Source: Mobula hypostoma
Lineage: Eukaryota
Length of the DNA stretch: 64,000 nucleotides
Assembly (NCBI RefSeq): GCF_963921235.1
Contig: NC_086100.1
Span: forward strand, 203,982,001 to 204,046,000
Reading direction: 5' to 3'
Shown: positions 51,040-64,000 of the stretch, piece after piece
How positions within the stretch are numbered: the first letter of the stretch is position 1
Layout: the number at the start of each line of letters is the position of its first letter
Translations under genes and position numbers: made by a program
The notes under the pieces: model-generated
Seen by the model: only the letters and a program-made list of their open reading frames with translations
Told to the model about the DNA's origin: nothing
Databases searched by the model: none

Positions 51040-54000
51040 TAAGAAGGCTATTATTAATGCAGGTCGGACGTTTCCAGGAAGGATGATATATGTGTTTGTA
51101 TGACCAGACATATAAAAGGGTAAATATGATAGGTGGAGTGGACTTTGGTTTTCAAGAGATATTGAGGCCCTAGTTATGAAGGGAAAAAATACGGAGGTGC
51201 ATAGCAGGTATAGACAGGTAGCAACATATGAAGTGCAAGAGAACACTTAAGAAAGAAACTAGAGGTCTAAAAGAAGACACAAGGTTCCCGTAGCAGACAA
51301 GGTAAACGATAATCCGATGCGATTCTATAGATAGGTTAAGAACAAAATAATTACAGAATGATATTCCATGGGTGGAGATGGGGGTGATTTTAATTTTATT
51401 TTTTGCAATGTATTTACTCATTTACTCAGAAGGCTGACTCAGAGTTGGTAGACGTGAGGCAATAGAGCAGCCCGGTCATTGGCCCTACAGTATACAGGTT
51501 ACAGGCAAGGAAGTGTTGCTGTCATCAGGCAAATTAGAGTGGATAAATCCCACAGGACCTGACAAGGTGTTTACTCAAACCCTGTGGAAAGCTAGTGAGA
51601 AATTGCGGGAGCCCTAGCAGAGATATTTCAAAAGTTCACAGTAAATTTATTCTGAAAGTACTTACATGTTATGATATACAAAACTGAGACTCATTTTGTT
51701 ATGGGCATACTCATCAAATCTATAGAATAGTAACTATAATTGATCAAAGAAAGATCAATCAGAGTACAAAAGACATCAAACCGTGTAAATGCAAATATAA
51801 ATAAATAGCAATAAATAACGACAGATGAGATGATGAGATAAAGCGTCCTTCAAAGTGAGCACATTGGTTGTGAGGAAGTCAAGTTCAGTGTCGGTATCAT
51901 CTTTTAACCAAGAACCTGATCGTTGAGGATACTAACTGTTCTTGAACCTGGTGGTCTGAGTCCTAAAGTTCTTGTACCTTCTACTTGATGGCTTCAGCAG
52001 GACTTGGGTAATGGGGATCTCTATTGCTCTATGCTGCCTTTTCCTGCTATAGTGTTTCATGTAGATGTGCTCAATGGCTGGGAGTGCTTTACCCGTGATG
52101 CACTGGGTCAACTCCGCGAATATTTGTATAAACTTCCCTTCAAAGTCATTGGTGTTTCCATATCAGACTGTGTTGCAGCCAGTTAATATACTCACCACTG
52201 CACATCTGTGGAAGTCCTTGGCAGCGGGTGAGGTGCCGAACGATTGGAGGATAGCTAATGTTATTTCATTCTTTAAGAAAGGCTCTAAAGCAAGCTGGAA
52301 CATTATCGGCCGGTTATACTGACATCAGTAGAGGGTAATTTATTGGGTGGCATTCTCAGCAACCGGATATACAAGTACAGTGGATTCTGGGCAATGGGCC
52401 ATCGGTTAATCAGGGTACCTGCTTGTCTGGGACAACTCTTAAAGAACGGAAGATAATCAAGAAAATGGCTGAGAATTCCTTGGTCTATTTTGGGACACTG
52501 TGCCGCTTAATTGGGACAGAAGACGGATAACGGACAGTTTCTAACTAGCGTCAGTCATGTGCCCTTTTGTGGCCGTCAGAAACGACACCGTGCACAGATC
52601 AAGCAGTTTTAAAATAGCATCCGTTGCGTATGCGTGTGTTATATTATTCATTAGTGCCAACAGAAGCCGAATTAAAAATCAGTATTTTATTTACTTCTAC
52701 TGCGGGTGCAGGTCGATAAATAGACAGGTAAATAATTCAGTATGGACTAAATGGGCCGAAGGTTTTGATTTTTTGCTATACTCTTCTATAAAACAATAAC
52801 TGCAATTCTAATCAATTGACTACATATGCTCTCTCACAGTCTCACTACACGCTGAATCTACATGTATACCAAATCTCCTGTCCTCTGCCCTAACCGCTGC
52901 TTCCCATTTCCCTGCCAAATTAGTTTAAACTCCCGCCAACAACTCCAGCAAACCTGCACGCAAAGATATTACCCTTTCTATACTTCTCCTCATACAGTAT
53001 ATCTCTATCAAATCTCCTCTCTACGTTCTGTATTCACAGGAATAAATTCCTAACCGATTCAATCTTTCCTTATAAATCAAGTCCCCTGGACCCGGCAACA
53101 TTCTTGTAAATATCTTCTGCACTTCTTCAACCCCATTTATAACTTTACTGTACGTAGGTGATTAAACCTGCACATAATACCCCAAATTGGGCCTCACCAA
53201 TGTTTTATATATCTTCAAAATAACATCCCATCTCCTGTAAACAATACTTCGCTTTATGATGGTCAATATGTCAAAAGTTTTCTTTACGGCCGTTCCTAAC
53301 TGTGACTGAATTATCGAACTGTATTCCTTGAAGCGGACAACATAGTCTATCATGTAATCCTCTGGTGCTTCACCTGTCGCTAGGGATGATTGAAATATCT
53401 CTGCTAGTTTCCTGGCAACTTGACTCCACTGAGTACGATGGCTCCTTGCCACACCCAGGGGATTTAATCCAATTTAATTTGCCACAGGACTACAAACACC
53501 TCCTCCTCTTTAATCTGTGTGGGGTCCATGAAGTCGATATCTCTTTGCCTCACTTCTATAGACTCTGTGTCGGACTCCTGAATAAATAAAGTTGCAAAGA
53601 AAATATTTCAAATCTCGGCCATCCATGTATCACCATTATGGTCTTCCAGAGGACCACTGTCGTCCTCTGCAGGTTGCTTAAATATTCTCTTTTATTTTTT
53701 ATATTCCACAAGCACCTTATTTGTTCGTACCTGCTATGGACTAACTGTTCTGGCACTCTGGTTCCCACCACCGAAAGTTTAGTTTAAACCCCTGCATGCA
53801 GTACTAGCAGACCCGGGCTATTAGTCACCCTCTCGATTAGGAGCAGACCCTATCTCCCGTGCAGGAGCCACATTTACAGGAAAAGAGCCCAGTGATCCAT
53901 ACACATTATGCCCCCCCCCCCCCCGCTACACGTGTTAGACTGTATAACCTGCCTACCTCTGGCTTCTGTGTCATAAAGTACGGGTAACAATCTTGATATC

Positions 54001-57000
54001 ATAATCCTGGAGATCCTGTCCTTTAAATTACTACCTACCTCCCCGAACCCCACCGTGCAAGGGCCATTTGGATTCAGAATTGGCTTGCCCGTAAAGGGCA
54101 AGATACTAGTTGTTGGGATTTATTCTGGCTGAAATTTCGCAATGTTTCAGAGGGATCCATACTAGGCGATCGAGAGCCCTGTATTATTCCACAATAATGT
54201 GAAGGAGGGTTCGTGTTCGACTCCAAATCCTTCCAGTACGCGAATGGACTGAACGTGGTGATGTAGCAGTGATCAGGAATTGCAAGAGACAAAATTGGTG
54301 GTCCAGAATATCGGAATGGTTGTCATGTGTGGAGCCAAAACAGATGAGGGCGAGTTTTTTTCCGCAGCTTTAGTTACTCAGGAGACAGTGAGGCAAAGCG
54401 GTATCAACTTCATGGACACTCCACAGATTACAGAGAACCTCAGTTATACGGGAAGACTGAATAGCTCAGGATTTTATTGCTTGCAACATAGACGATTGAG
54501 AGCAGTTTTGATGGACGTGTACTCATTTATGAGAGGTATAGTCTGCGTAAATGCAAGTAAGCTTTTATTTTCACTGGGACTACAACCAAACGTCATGGGT
54601 TAATGGTGAAAGTTGGAAAGATTAAGGGTAACACGACGGGAAACATCTTGCTTCAGTGTAAGAGTTGGAACGGGCTGCCAGCACACGTGGTGCACGAAAG
54701 CTGGGTTTCAACGTTTAAGCGAAGTTTGGATCGGTACATTGCTGGTTTTAATATGGAGGGCTCTTGTCCTAGTGCAGGTCGATGGGATAAGGTAGTTTTA
54801 ATGTTTCAGTATGGCTTAAATGGGCGTAAGGGCCAGTTTCTGTGTTCTACGTTTCTATCACACTATAATTCTAACTTATGTCTCTAATTTGGCCGTAATT
54901 TTCTGAATGGTTATTGATACTTTCAATAGTACTGACGGGGGATTCACTGGTTAGGAGGACAGGCCACAAAGACTGTGGACGAGAATGAGACTTGGAAAGG
55001 GATGGTTAATCTCACGTGCCAGGGTCAGAGGCATCTTGGACCGAAGACATAGTATTTCTCAGGGAGTGCATGTAGACCAGAGGTCGGAGTTACAAGTGAC
55101 GAGAAAGTGTGACAGGGGAAAAATGTATCTATTGATCACAACGCTATAAGTTTCCAGATAATTTTGCAGAATGAGTTATGTAATTGATCCTTGGATTGCG
55201 ATTCAGGATTGGAAAAAGCCCAATGTTGATGTCATCTGAAGAGCTCGGGCTGGTGTGTATTGCTTTCGTATGCTTTGCTACGCGGAAAACTTTCAAGAGT
55301 GAAATACTGAGAGTGCTTGTTACAAAATCTTGATTTTAGAGGGATATTGAGGTCCTGGTTAAGAAGAAGAAAGAGAAGCATCTCAGGCATCGACATTTAG
55401 GATGAAATTAGTCACTTGAGTAGTGTAAGAAATGCGTGCAATGCTGAAGAGAAAATTCGGTGCGGCTAAAAGAAAGCGTAAACTTTCTAGGATAAGGTGA
55501 AGAGAATCTGAAGAGCAAAATTATTGTAAGGGGCAGAAATGGTGCACTTGACAATCAGACTAGTCATCTATAGATTGAGGTAACCGAGCCAGTGAAGGCC
55601 TAAAAATGTTTTGCATCTGTATTTGCTTGTAGGACAGACAAATGGATAGAGGAATGGGCCAAAACGGTAGTGAGGAACATACACAGATTACGGAGGGCGG
55701 GATGTTTGCTACCTTGTGGCAAATTCGAGCGGGTGAATGCTCAGGTCCTGACAGGATAGCGAGTGCAGAAATTGTTGACGCCTTGGTAGAGGTAGTTAAG
55801 ATGTACTTAGCCACGCGTGCGGTGCTGGTGGTTAGCTTTCAAGATAGTCTCTAAGAATACGCCGAGAAATTAGAGGCGAGTGAGCCTGATGTTAGTCCCG
55901 GTTAACCAATAGGAAGACTTTATCAGGGATTAGTCAGGGACAGGATATATAAGTTTTTAAATTTCAACTATAGTGTTAAACTGGATTTGCAGATGACGCC
56001 TGGATTCAGAGCGTAGTGGACAGCAAGGTTGTCAAACCTTGCGGCGTGAGTGGAGCAATTGGTTAAATGGGCTGAAAAATGGATTTCAGACAAGTGTGAG
56101 GCGGTGCAGATTTAGGGAATATGGCCCATCCAGTTTTTACGATCCAGTTTCTCTCTCGGTCCCCTTCTCCTGCCTGCTTCCCATATCTCTTCATGCCCCG
56201 ACTAATCAAGAATCTATCAAACTCTGCCTTAAATCTACCCTGTGATTTCGCCTCCACAGTTGCCTGTGGTAAAAAAAAAATCCACAGATTCCCCACTCTC
56301 CGGCTAAAGTAATTCCTCTTTATTTCTCTTCTGAAATTACAGTGCTCTATTCTCTGGTCTTACACTCTCCCACCTTCACATCCACTCTGTCGAGACATTT
56401 CACCATTTGATAGGTTTGAACGAGGTCACCACTCACTGTTCTGAATTCCAGTGGGTAGAGCCCCATAGCCATCAAACCATCTTCATATGACAATAGAGTC
56501 ATTTCGGTGAACCTCCTTTGAACCCACTGCAATGTCAAAATCCTTAAAAAGAAAAGGGGTGCTAAACTACTCCCAATGCTCTGTGAGACCTCACCAGTAA
56601 AGCCTCCATATTCCATCCCTCCTTTTATATTCAAGTCCTCTCAAACTGCTTACCTCACCACTGACTCAAGCTGCAAAGTAACCTTTAAGGAAACAAGCGA
56701 TTCCGCACGGAACCCTGTGGAACACTACATCTCATCAGCGGACGACCAGAATAGGCTCTGTTTCTTCCCACTCTTTTCCTCCTGGCATTCAGCCACGCCT
56801 TTATCCATGCGACATTCATACCTACCATTTTCCCAAGAAACCTCCGCCCCAAATAATAACAGCCTCACACACTTCTAACCCTTGACACTCCCGAGCTTTT
56901 GGCATACTGCTAGTGTCATCAACTGTGAAGCATGAAGCAAAATCCTTATTCAATTCGTCCGCCATTTCCATATCCCCCAACCTTACATCTCCAGCACCAT

Positions 57001-57510
57001 TTTCCAGCGTTACAATATCCACTTCCGTCTCTCTTTTAATCCGATTATTGAGCACACGAACTGTCACAGAATGCTGAAGTGGTATAAAATGTTATTGAGA
57101 TCAAACTTGAAGGAAATATATCAATAATCTTGGAGCGTTACAGAGAAAATTTGTATCGAGATTGCGAGGACTTGAGCTGGAGGGAAAGATTCAGTGGGTT
57201 AAGTAGGTTTCCTCTCATTTTGGTTGACAAGGGTTCATAGATTAAGGATGAAAGTTGAAATTATTAAGGGATACATGAGAGGGAAGTTCTTCCCTCAGAG
57301 GGCGGTGTGAGTGAAATGAGTTGGCGAAGGAAGTGATGAATGCAGGGTCAATTGCAACATTTATGAGACACTTGGATAGGTATATGAATGGGAGGGCTAT
57401 GCTAGGATAAGGTCATGGTTCAGGTCAATGGCACAAGGCCAGAAAATAGATCATCATTGTTTGGAAGGGGCACGTGGTCTGTTTATATGCGTGGTGTTCG
57501 ATAACTCTAT
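51040..57510. mobile_element. Patchwork of old CR1 and Rex/Babar fragments in both orientations
   Basis: Scattered motifs: DKSxGPD, AGEVPNDWRIANV, TLVRPNLG, ENGAGDVRLGD, SLDRY; no intact ORF. Confidence 0.55.
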
Positions 57511-57769
57511 AACCTATCCATAAGAATCTTCCCCAGTAACTTCGCTGCATCTGACGTGACACTCACCAGACTATATGCTCCAGGATTATCATTGCTTCTC
57601 TGATATCTTGCTTCTGGCGAGAGAAAAAAAAAACACTAAGATATTGGTTAAATCCCCAGTAATCTCAACTCTTGCCTCTGCTAACAATCTGCTGTATATC
57701 ACGCCAGGTTTTGGGGAAATTATGTCACAGGCTCTTTATGTGACCAACACTACTATATAATCACCACAG

Positions 57770-60700
57770 TTCTCTCACTAAGATACTTTACTGATGGATA
57801 AAATGAAGATTGTGATGTTTATAATGGATGTTGTGAATTATACTGATCAGACATCTCGTCCTACTGAGGAAATTAAAACTACTGTGAAAGCCGCACAACG
57901 GTATCTTGGTGTAGCTGGTGTTCTGTGGAAAATGTAAATGAAACTCCGATGTGTGGGGTATCTGTTTCCCAGTCTACTAGTGAAGGTAAATTATGGCATT
58001 AAAATATTGCTGTGGAATGCGAGAAGCCTGATATTTCATGGTCAGTACTTTAAGAACTTTATTTCTGATTTGTCAAATCCTCCTGAAGTTATATCTATTC
58101 AGGAATCCTGGCTGTTACCAACAGATTTAATGTTCATAATAGTTCTGAAACTGATGTAGATTTAACTTTAGTTTGGAACATACTGGCTGGAATGGGTATG
58201 TGGGATGTTATGGATAATGTAAGACTGAGCGAGATCATTTTCCTATCTGCATAAGTTTGGGTTTGGATTTATATCGGGGACAGGACGACACTTTAAGGAG
58301 GTGGAATTTTTGGTAAAGCAAATTGCCCATATCGTTAACATCTCATTTTTGTAAACTTGTTGAACATATGGTAATAGACCTGCAGCTGATTTGAAATTAT
58401 ATGGTAAAACCCATGAAGAAGTATGTTTCCGGGCATGTGGATAAATAAGATGACATTGAAGCGCCATATCAGTAAAATAATTGATGAATATAAAGGGACA
58501 ATAAGTATTCTCAAGTGTCTATGTGGGGATTTTGGGGCGCTACATGATTTTTTTTGTCGACTAGTAATATTTGTTTAATAATATTTTTCTTTAAATTAAA
58601 TGCAGCATCTCCAAGTTTGCAGATGACACGAAGCTGGGCGGCACTGTTAGCTGTGAGGAGGATGCTAAGAGGATGCAGGGTGACTTGGATAGGTTAGGTG
58701 AGTGGGCAAATTCATGGCAGATGCAATTTAATGTGGATAAATGTGAAGTTATCCACTTTGGTGGCAAAAACAGGAAAACAGATTATTATCTGAATGGTGG
58801 CCGATTAGGAAAAGGGGAGGGGCAACGAGACCTGGATGTCATTATACACCAGTCATTGAAAGTGGGCATGCAGGTACAGCAGGCGGTGAAAAAGGCGAAT
58901 GGTATGCTGGCATTTATAGCAAGAGGATTCGAGTACAGGAGCACGGAGGTACTACTGCAGTTGTACCAGGCCTTGGTGAGACCACACCTGGAGTATTGTG
59001 TGCAGTTTTGGTCCCCTAATCTGAGGAAAGACATCCTTGCCATAGAGGGAGTACAAAGAAGGTTCACCAGATTGATTCCTGGGATGGCAGGACTTTGATA
59101 TGATGAAAGCCTGGATGAACTAGGCTTATACTCGTTGGAACTTAGAAGATTGAGGGGGGATCTGATTGAAACGTATAAAATCCTAAAGGGATTGGACAGA
59201 CTAGATGCAGGAAGATTGTTCCCGATGTTGGGGAAGTCCAGAACGAGGGGTCACAGTTTGAGGATAAAGGGGAAGCCTTTTAGGACTGAGATTAGGAAAA
59301 ACTTCTTCACACAGAGAGTGGTGAATCTGTGGAATTCTCTGCCACAGGAAACAGTTCAGGCCAGTTCATTGGCTATATTTAAGAGAGAGTTAGATATGGC
59401 CCTTGTGGCTAAAGGGTTCAGGGGGTATGGAGGGAAGGCTGGTACAGGGTTCTGAGTTGGATGATCAGCCATGATCATACTGAATGGCGGTGCAGGCCCG
59501 AAGGGCCGAATGGCCTACTCGTGCACCTATTTTCTATGTTTCTATGTTCTTGATTATAGTTGTGTGGATTCATCTTCAGCATTAAAATGTTTGGATGTGA
59601 TTCAAGCATTGGCTTGAAGGTTGCGGTAAAGTCGTCCGGTGTTTCGACTTTACTCGTTGAAATGGGACAGCTACGCTTACAGTTGCGGATATTGCAGTGG
59701 ATGTTAACATACGGGATTCATTTGAGGGGGAAAACAAATGATCATCCTATTAAAGTTGTGCTAGAGGATTATTGGGAACATCACAACAAGAGTTTTATGT
59801 TATGTTTAGGTTTAGGTGGCTGGGATCTTATCACGTTGAGAAGATTAGGATTGTTGGACTATACAATGTGACCCACTGTCACATTCTCTGAAACCCACCT
59901 TGTCCTGCCTCTGACTATTTGATTTTAGGTCTCACATTTTAATAAAGTCTGAAAATTCTGTTGTGCCTGAGAGTCTCTGGTTCATCAGTATATTTAGGAA
60001 AATTATTATCATATGTTAACCATTGTTGCAGAAGAATCAAAGGACAACTGAACTAGGATGTTGGTGTGGCTGTTTTTGTGCCCTAATTACAGGTAACAAT
60101 AAAGAAACAACTTACCAACCATTTATCAGTATTTACAGTAGAATTACTTGTTATCATTTTCGGCTTACAGTGGGTGGAAGGTATTTGTTCATGTAAAATT
60201 GAATTTTTTTCAGATTACTTTCCGGTTTTCACAACAGATCATTCTAGCAGTGGGTCAGATTTACTGTTGGAAACTCACCAAACATTATTTCATATTCCAA
60301 ATAATATTTTATGTATTGGTCTTATGGGATCCTGTACACAGAGCTAATGAGTGTCATGAGTGGGTGACTGTTTAGTTTTAAAAGCTGTTATGAGTTCAAT
60401 TGTGGATAAATACATTCCACTGAGCAAATTAGAAGCGAAGGGATTCTAATGTTAACAATGATGCTCTTATGATAATACCGGTGCGGTAATGGGCACAAGG
60501 GAAGACACGTATACAGAATACTTGGGAGAAGGGCATAAAACAAGAGGGCAAGGAATTATATTGACACGACTTAGAATTGTCCCTATGCTAAATTATTCCT
60601 TATGTCGTGTTGGAAAACAATATTTTGGGTCGTGTGGTTTTTGTCATTATGGAGCAGTGGAACACATACTATTTCAGGATGAGGCATATCAGGTAGAAAG

Positions 60701-60960
60701 AAATCGAATGCAGGCTTCATTACAATCTTTGAGGGTTGATGACTTTCATTTAAACACGTTCTAAATTTATTGAAGTGACTTTAATTTAATTCACAGTATT
60801 GTGTTTCATTCCATATAATTTATCCGGCTTTTGGGGGTAATTTATCTTTCATTAGAAAAACAAGAAGCTGTGAGGGAATTATTTCCCAATTCTCTACACC
60901 ACAATCCAGTCCAGTTTGTGGCGGGAATGCGCCTTTAATTTGGAGTGTCAACCGCTAGTT
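57770..60960 (+). mobile_element. Decayed I/Nimb-clade LINE (APE, RNase H, C-terminal Zn knuckle), interrupted by CR1
   Basis: ILLWNARSL..ISIQESWL (APE); SK..VGVAVF..SVFTVEL and WDPVH..NE (RNase H-like); ILTRLRI..CGFCH..EHILF; GTGGCGG.AATGC 3' motif. Confidence 0.6.
58596..59550 (+). mobile_element. CR1 3' fragment, same family as 44518-47270
   Basis: Near-identical to 46317-47270; KFADDTKLGG; (TTTCTATG) tail. Confidence 0.93.
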
Positions 60961-61154
60961 ATCCAAACACCACCGAATTTCTTCACGTTATCCAATCATA
61001 CAAGGTGAAGGCGTAGACTAGTGAGGTTGACATTGGTTTAGCCGACTAGTATTAGACTAGACCCCGCCGTCCTGTGGGATTATCGGAGTCTGAGTTTGGT
61101 TGGGAGATTAGGCGGTGAACATGAGGGGCCGGAGCCCGGACCTCTGGCTTGTGC

Positions 61155-62063
61155 TCAGGACGCGGCTTTATTAATGAACTGAACCACCGAGGTGACCGGA
61201 TATTTCACCGCGCTGATCACCTGCTCCCTGAATTTCCACTGAGTCACCGCGTAAATAAAAGTGTTCGTGCAGCAGCTGAAACTTTTCAGCAATTTCCCGA
61301 CGTCGTGAAAGATCAATTCAGAATCATTGAAATGTAATCCTTTTCCTCTGATCTGATAATAGATAACATTCAAAGCGTTAGTCATCCACAGGAGGATGAA
61401 GCTGCCGGAGAGGGCGAAGAGTAAAACCACAGACCTCCTCCTGCTCTCCATCTCCGGGTCACTGCGGTTCTCCCCTTTGCTCTGACCCTTCAGCCCCTTA
61501 CGGACCCGACTGGACACTAAAATGTGCCTGACTGTCAGAGCGTTGAGCAGCAGGATCACAGCGAAAGGGAGGAACGGAGTTATAACAGTATCGAGCCAGT
61601 CATATCCTACCCAACCGGGGTCAGTGAAAACATTGGCCTTGGTTCTACAGTACCACGGTACATTGTCGATGATCGTCCTGGGTTCCCGTAAGAAGTATCG
61701 GGGAATGTTTTTCACACAAAACAGTACGCTGGTTGTCATTAGAACCACAGGCGCAGTTTTCCCACTGCAATATTTTGTTTTCAGCTTCGGGCAGCGAATG
61801 GCGACAAACCGATCAAAGGTGAAGGTGACGGTGAACCAGACAGAACAGTCTGTGGCTGTGAACCTCAGTACATCGGTAACACTGCACACAGGGGTGATGT
61901 TCTGAAAACTCCCCGGGTAGTAATACCGTCTGATCCAATACAGAATGACCTCGGTGACAACGGTCAACAGATCCGCCGCTGCCATGGCCACCAGGTAGCG
62001 AGTGGTGCAGGTAGAGAGGCCGCACTTTCCCCGGGACAGGATCACGATGGCCACTAAATTCAC

Positions 62064-62125
<62 letters not shown>

Positions 62126-62136
62126 GATAGACAGAC

Positions 62137-62177
<41 letters not shown>

Positions 62178-63314
62178 CAGACAGAGAGAGACAGACAGAG
62201 AGAGAGAGAGCGAGACAGACAGAGAGAGAGAGAAAGAAAGGAAAAAAGACATTGGACATTACTGAACACATTCTACCGGAATTAATACGGGATCGGGTTT
62301 CAGCTAAAGTTCAGGAGTGCCAGAATCTGTGAAAGGCTGCTAATCTAACATCAGACACGGGTCACACTGTCTCTGACCTGCCTTCTTCAGTGTGGAGATA
62401 AGACGGTGTGTGGACAATCGTCGGCGGTAAGAGCGATCTGAATGAACAACAACGATCGGTGCTGATCCCGATTCCAGTTGCTGATGGGGCCGGTTTCACT
62501 GATTTAACCGTGACTGACCAGGCTCCTGGAAACTCAGCATCTGATGGGGCCGAGAAGGGAGACAGAGGGGAGCAACACACACAAAATACTGGAGGGACTC
62601 AGCAGGTCCGGCAGCATCTATGGAATTGAACCGACTTTGGTTTTTGGCCGACACTTTTCTAGAGGACGAAGCGGTGCCCCAATTTACGACGCGTCTCAGA
62701 GGGAAAGCAGGAACAACTTGGTAACCTAAGGATGAGTGACTCCGTTAATGGATTAATTCTGCAGCGCAGTTCAATTCGATAACGCTCGTCAGCAGATCGG
62801 TGGACAATGGTTCAGGTGATCAGACACAATTATTGACCGAAAGGCAGTGAGATCCAACTGTGACAGACTCCACAAGGAGACATGGAACACAGGACCAGGG
62901 GTTCGCCCTAAACAATAACTCAGGAACAGTGAACTTTACAATGTAAACCCTTCCTAGACACACCTTTCTGGAGAGCTTCCTGTCCCCACACCGGGACAAC
63001 TCCGGACAAGGTGTCATTGAAGGCAAGAACAGCGTTCGAGTCGATCCCGTGAGTTAGATGAGAGACAGGGGTTTAGTTCCGTTTGTCGTTAAATATGCAA
63101 AATCAGAGTGTTGAACTGACAGGGTCGATATCTCTGACGGACAGTTGTACAATGATCATCAAGTTGAAAACTTGTTAAATGATCATAAGCAGGTCCACAC
63201 AGGTTAACTCTCAGAAATACCAAACGTGAATCTTTCACCAGGAACTCCAATGACGGCAATGACCACGTACAATATTTTCTCCACACTCAAGAACCGATCC
63301 CACATTACAGACAT
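61155..63314 (-). CDS. GPR139-like class A GPCR, two exons (63314-63239, 62062-61155), 327 aa, apparently intact
   Basis: Exon 1 MSVMWDRFLSVEKILYVVIAVIGVP-G|GTGAAA; acceptor (CT)n-CCAG|TG gives phase-1 VNLVAIVILSRGKCGLS. Motifs MAAADL, CSVWFTVTFTFDRFVAI, TPFLP, SCCTNTFIY; TATTAAAA ~80 nt upstream. Confidence 0.88.
62066..62240. repeat. Compound (GA)n/(GACA)n microsatellite
   Basis: Directly visible; forms the polypyrimidine tract of the GPCR intron on the minus strand. Confidence 0.97.
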
Positions 63315-63779
63315 TTTCACAGTCCAGTGACTGTCCCCCTGTGCTACAGACAATCTCTCGCAATGTAATGTTGAGGCAACACATGCCTGGGGTTTTTAAT
63401 ACCATTCAGTGACTCCACAGGGACAGATTTGAACAGATTTAAAAATAAAGTTTTTAAAAAATTATTTACAAACCGATTACGTCAGACGGGTGCAATCGCC
63501 GCGGTGACAGATTGTGATTAAATTAATGAATTAATATGTTGATCACTTTTGGGGTTAGTTTGTCCCAACAAAGGTGACTGAACCTTGCAAGTTGTCTGAT
63601 GAATTAAATGTGATTCCACTATAAATATGTACATCAAAGGAACCATTTGTCAAACAGAATATTGAAGTAAATTATGGCATTGTAGTTTGTGAAATTGTAT
63701 TGAATTCCCTACTGTTGTCATTCACCTCCAAATTATAAACTTTAAATGTACCGAGGGTATCCCTAAGAAGGTGTCTGTG

Positions 63780-63862
63780 GTGATGAATAAACACGTTCAT
63801 ATCCACAACATTCCCCACCGTGAATTAGTCACAGTCAGAACATTTGGGGGCTCGTCCTGGAC
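63780..63862 (+). mobile_element. 3' end of an LTR followed by a tRNA-Pro primer-binding site
   Basis: AATAAA 63786-63791; CA at 63841-63842; TGGGGGCTCGTCCTGGAC (63845-63862) vs Pro PBS TGGGGGCTCGTCCGGGAT (16/18). Confidence 0.65.
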
Positions 63863-64000
63863 CCACCCATAACGCTAACACATGGCCACCAAACTCAGCA
63901 GTCTAGTGTAAGGGAGTATGTTTTAATCATTTTACCTGGATGTGTCAAAAAACACGGCTGAGAACTGGAGAGGTCAGCTGTGTCTGTAGGCTGTGCAGTA

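Noticed and set aside
52376..52720. Possible Tigger/pogo-like MITE starting TA-CAGTGGATTC
   Set aside because: No matching right terminal inverted repeat could be found by eye; left unannotated.
61813..62271. ORFs rich in SL/CL/VC
   Set aside because: Translations of the (CT)n/(CTGT)n microsatellite.

Overview
Repeat-dense eukaryotic (vertebrate) genomic DNA. The gene and repeat content suggests a cartilaginous fish (inference, not searched). Host genes: (i) a two-exon GPR139-like class A GPCR on + (3996-5985) with an in-frame TAA in TM6, probably a pseudogene; (ii) an apparently intact two-exon paralog on - (61155-63314, 327 aa); (iii) a KRAB-less C2H2 zinc-finger array (ORF 38104-39459) downstream of a CpG-rich, NRF1-motif promoter, with its 3' fingers frameshifted and split by a CR1 insertion. 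Most of the rest is retroelements: many CR1 LINEs (one full-length with an 8-bp TSD), Rex1/Babar and I/Nimb LINE remnants, a Gmr1-type Gypsy (integrase upstream of RT), a PNMA-gag Gypsy remnant, an ERV remnant with a tRNA-Ser(GCT) PBS, an LTR end with a tRNA-Pro PBS, and Penelope-like elements. The most notable signals are minimal type-I hammerhead ribozyme motifs in the Penelope pseudo-LTRs and short fold-back Penelope insertions, one a perfect 87-bp hairpin with a 14-bp TSD. No prokaryote-type system (CRISPR, operon) is present. I found no convincing wholly new system. Boundaries of degenerate repeats are approximate.
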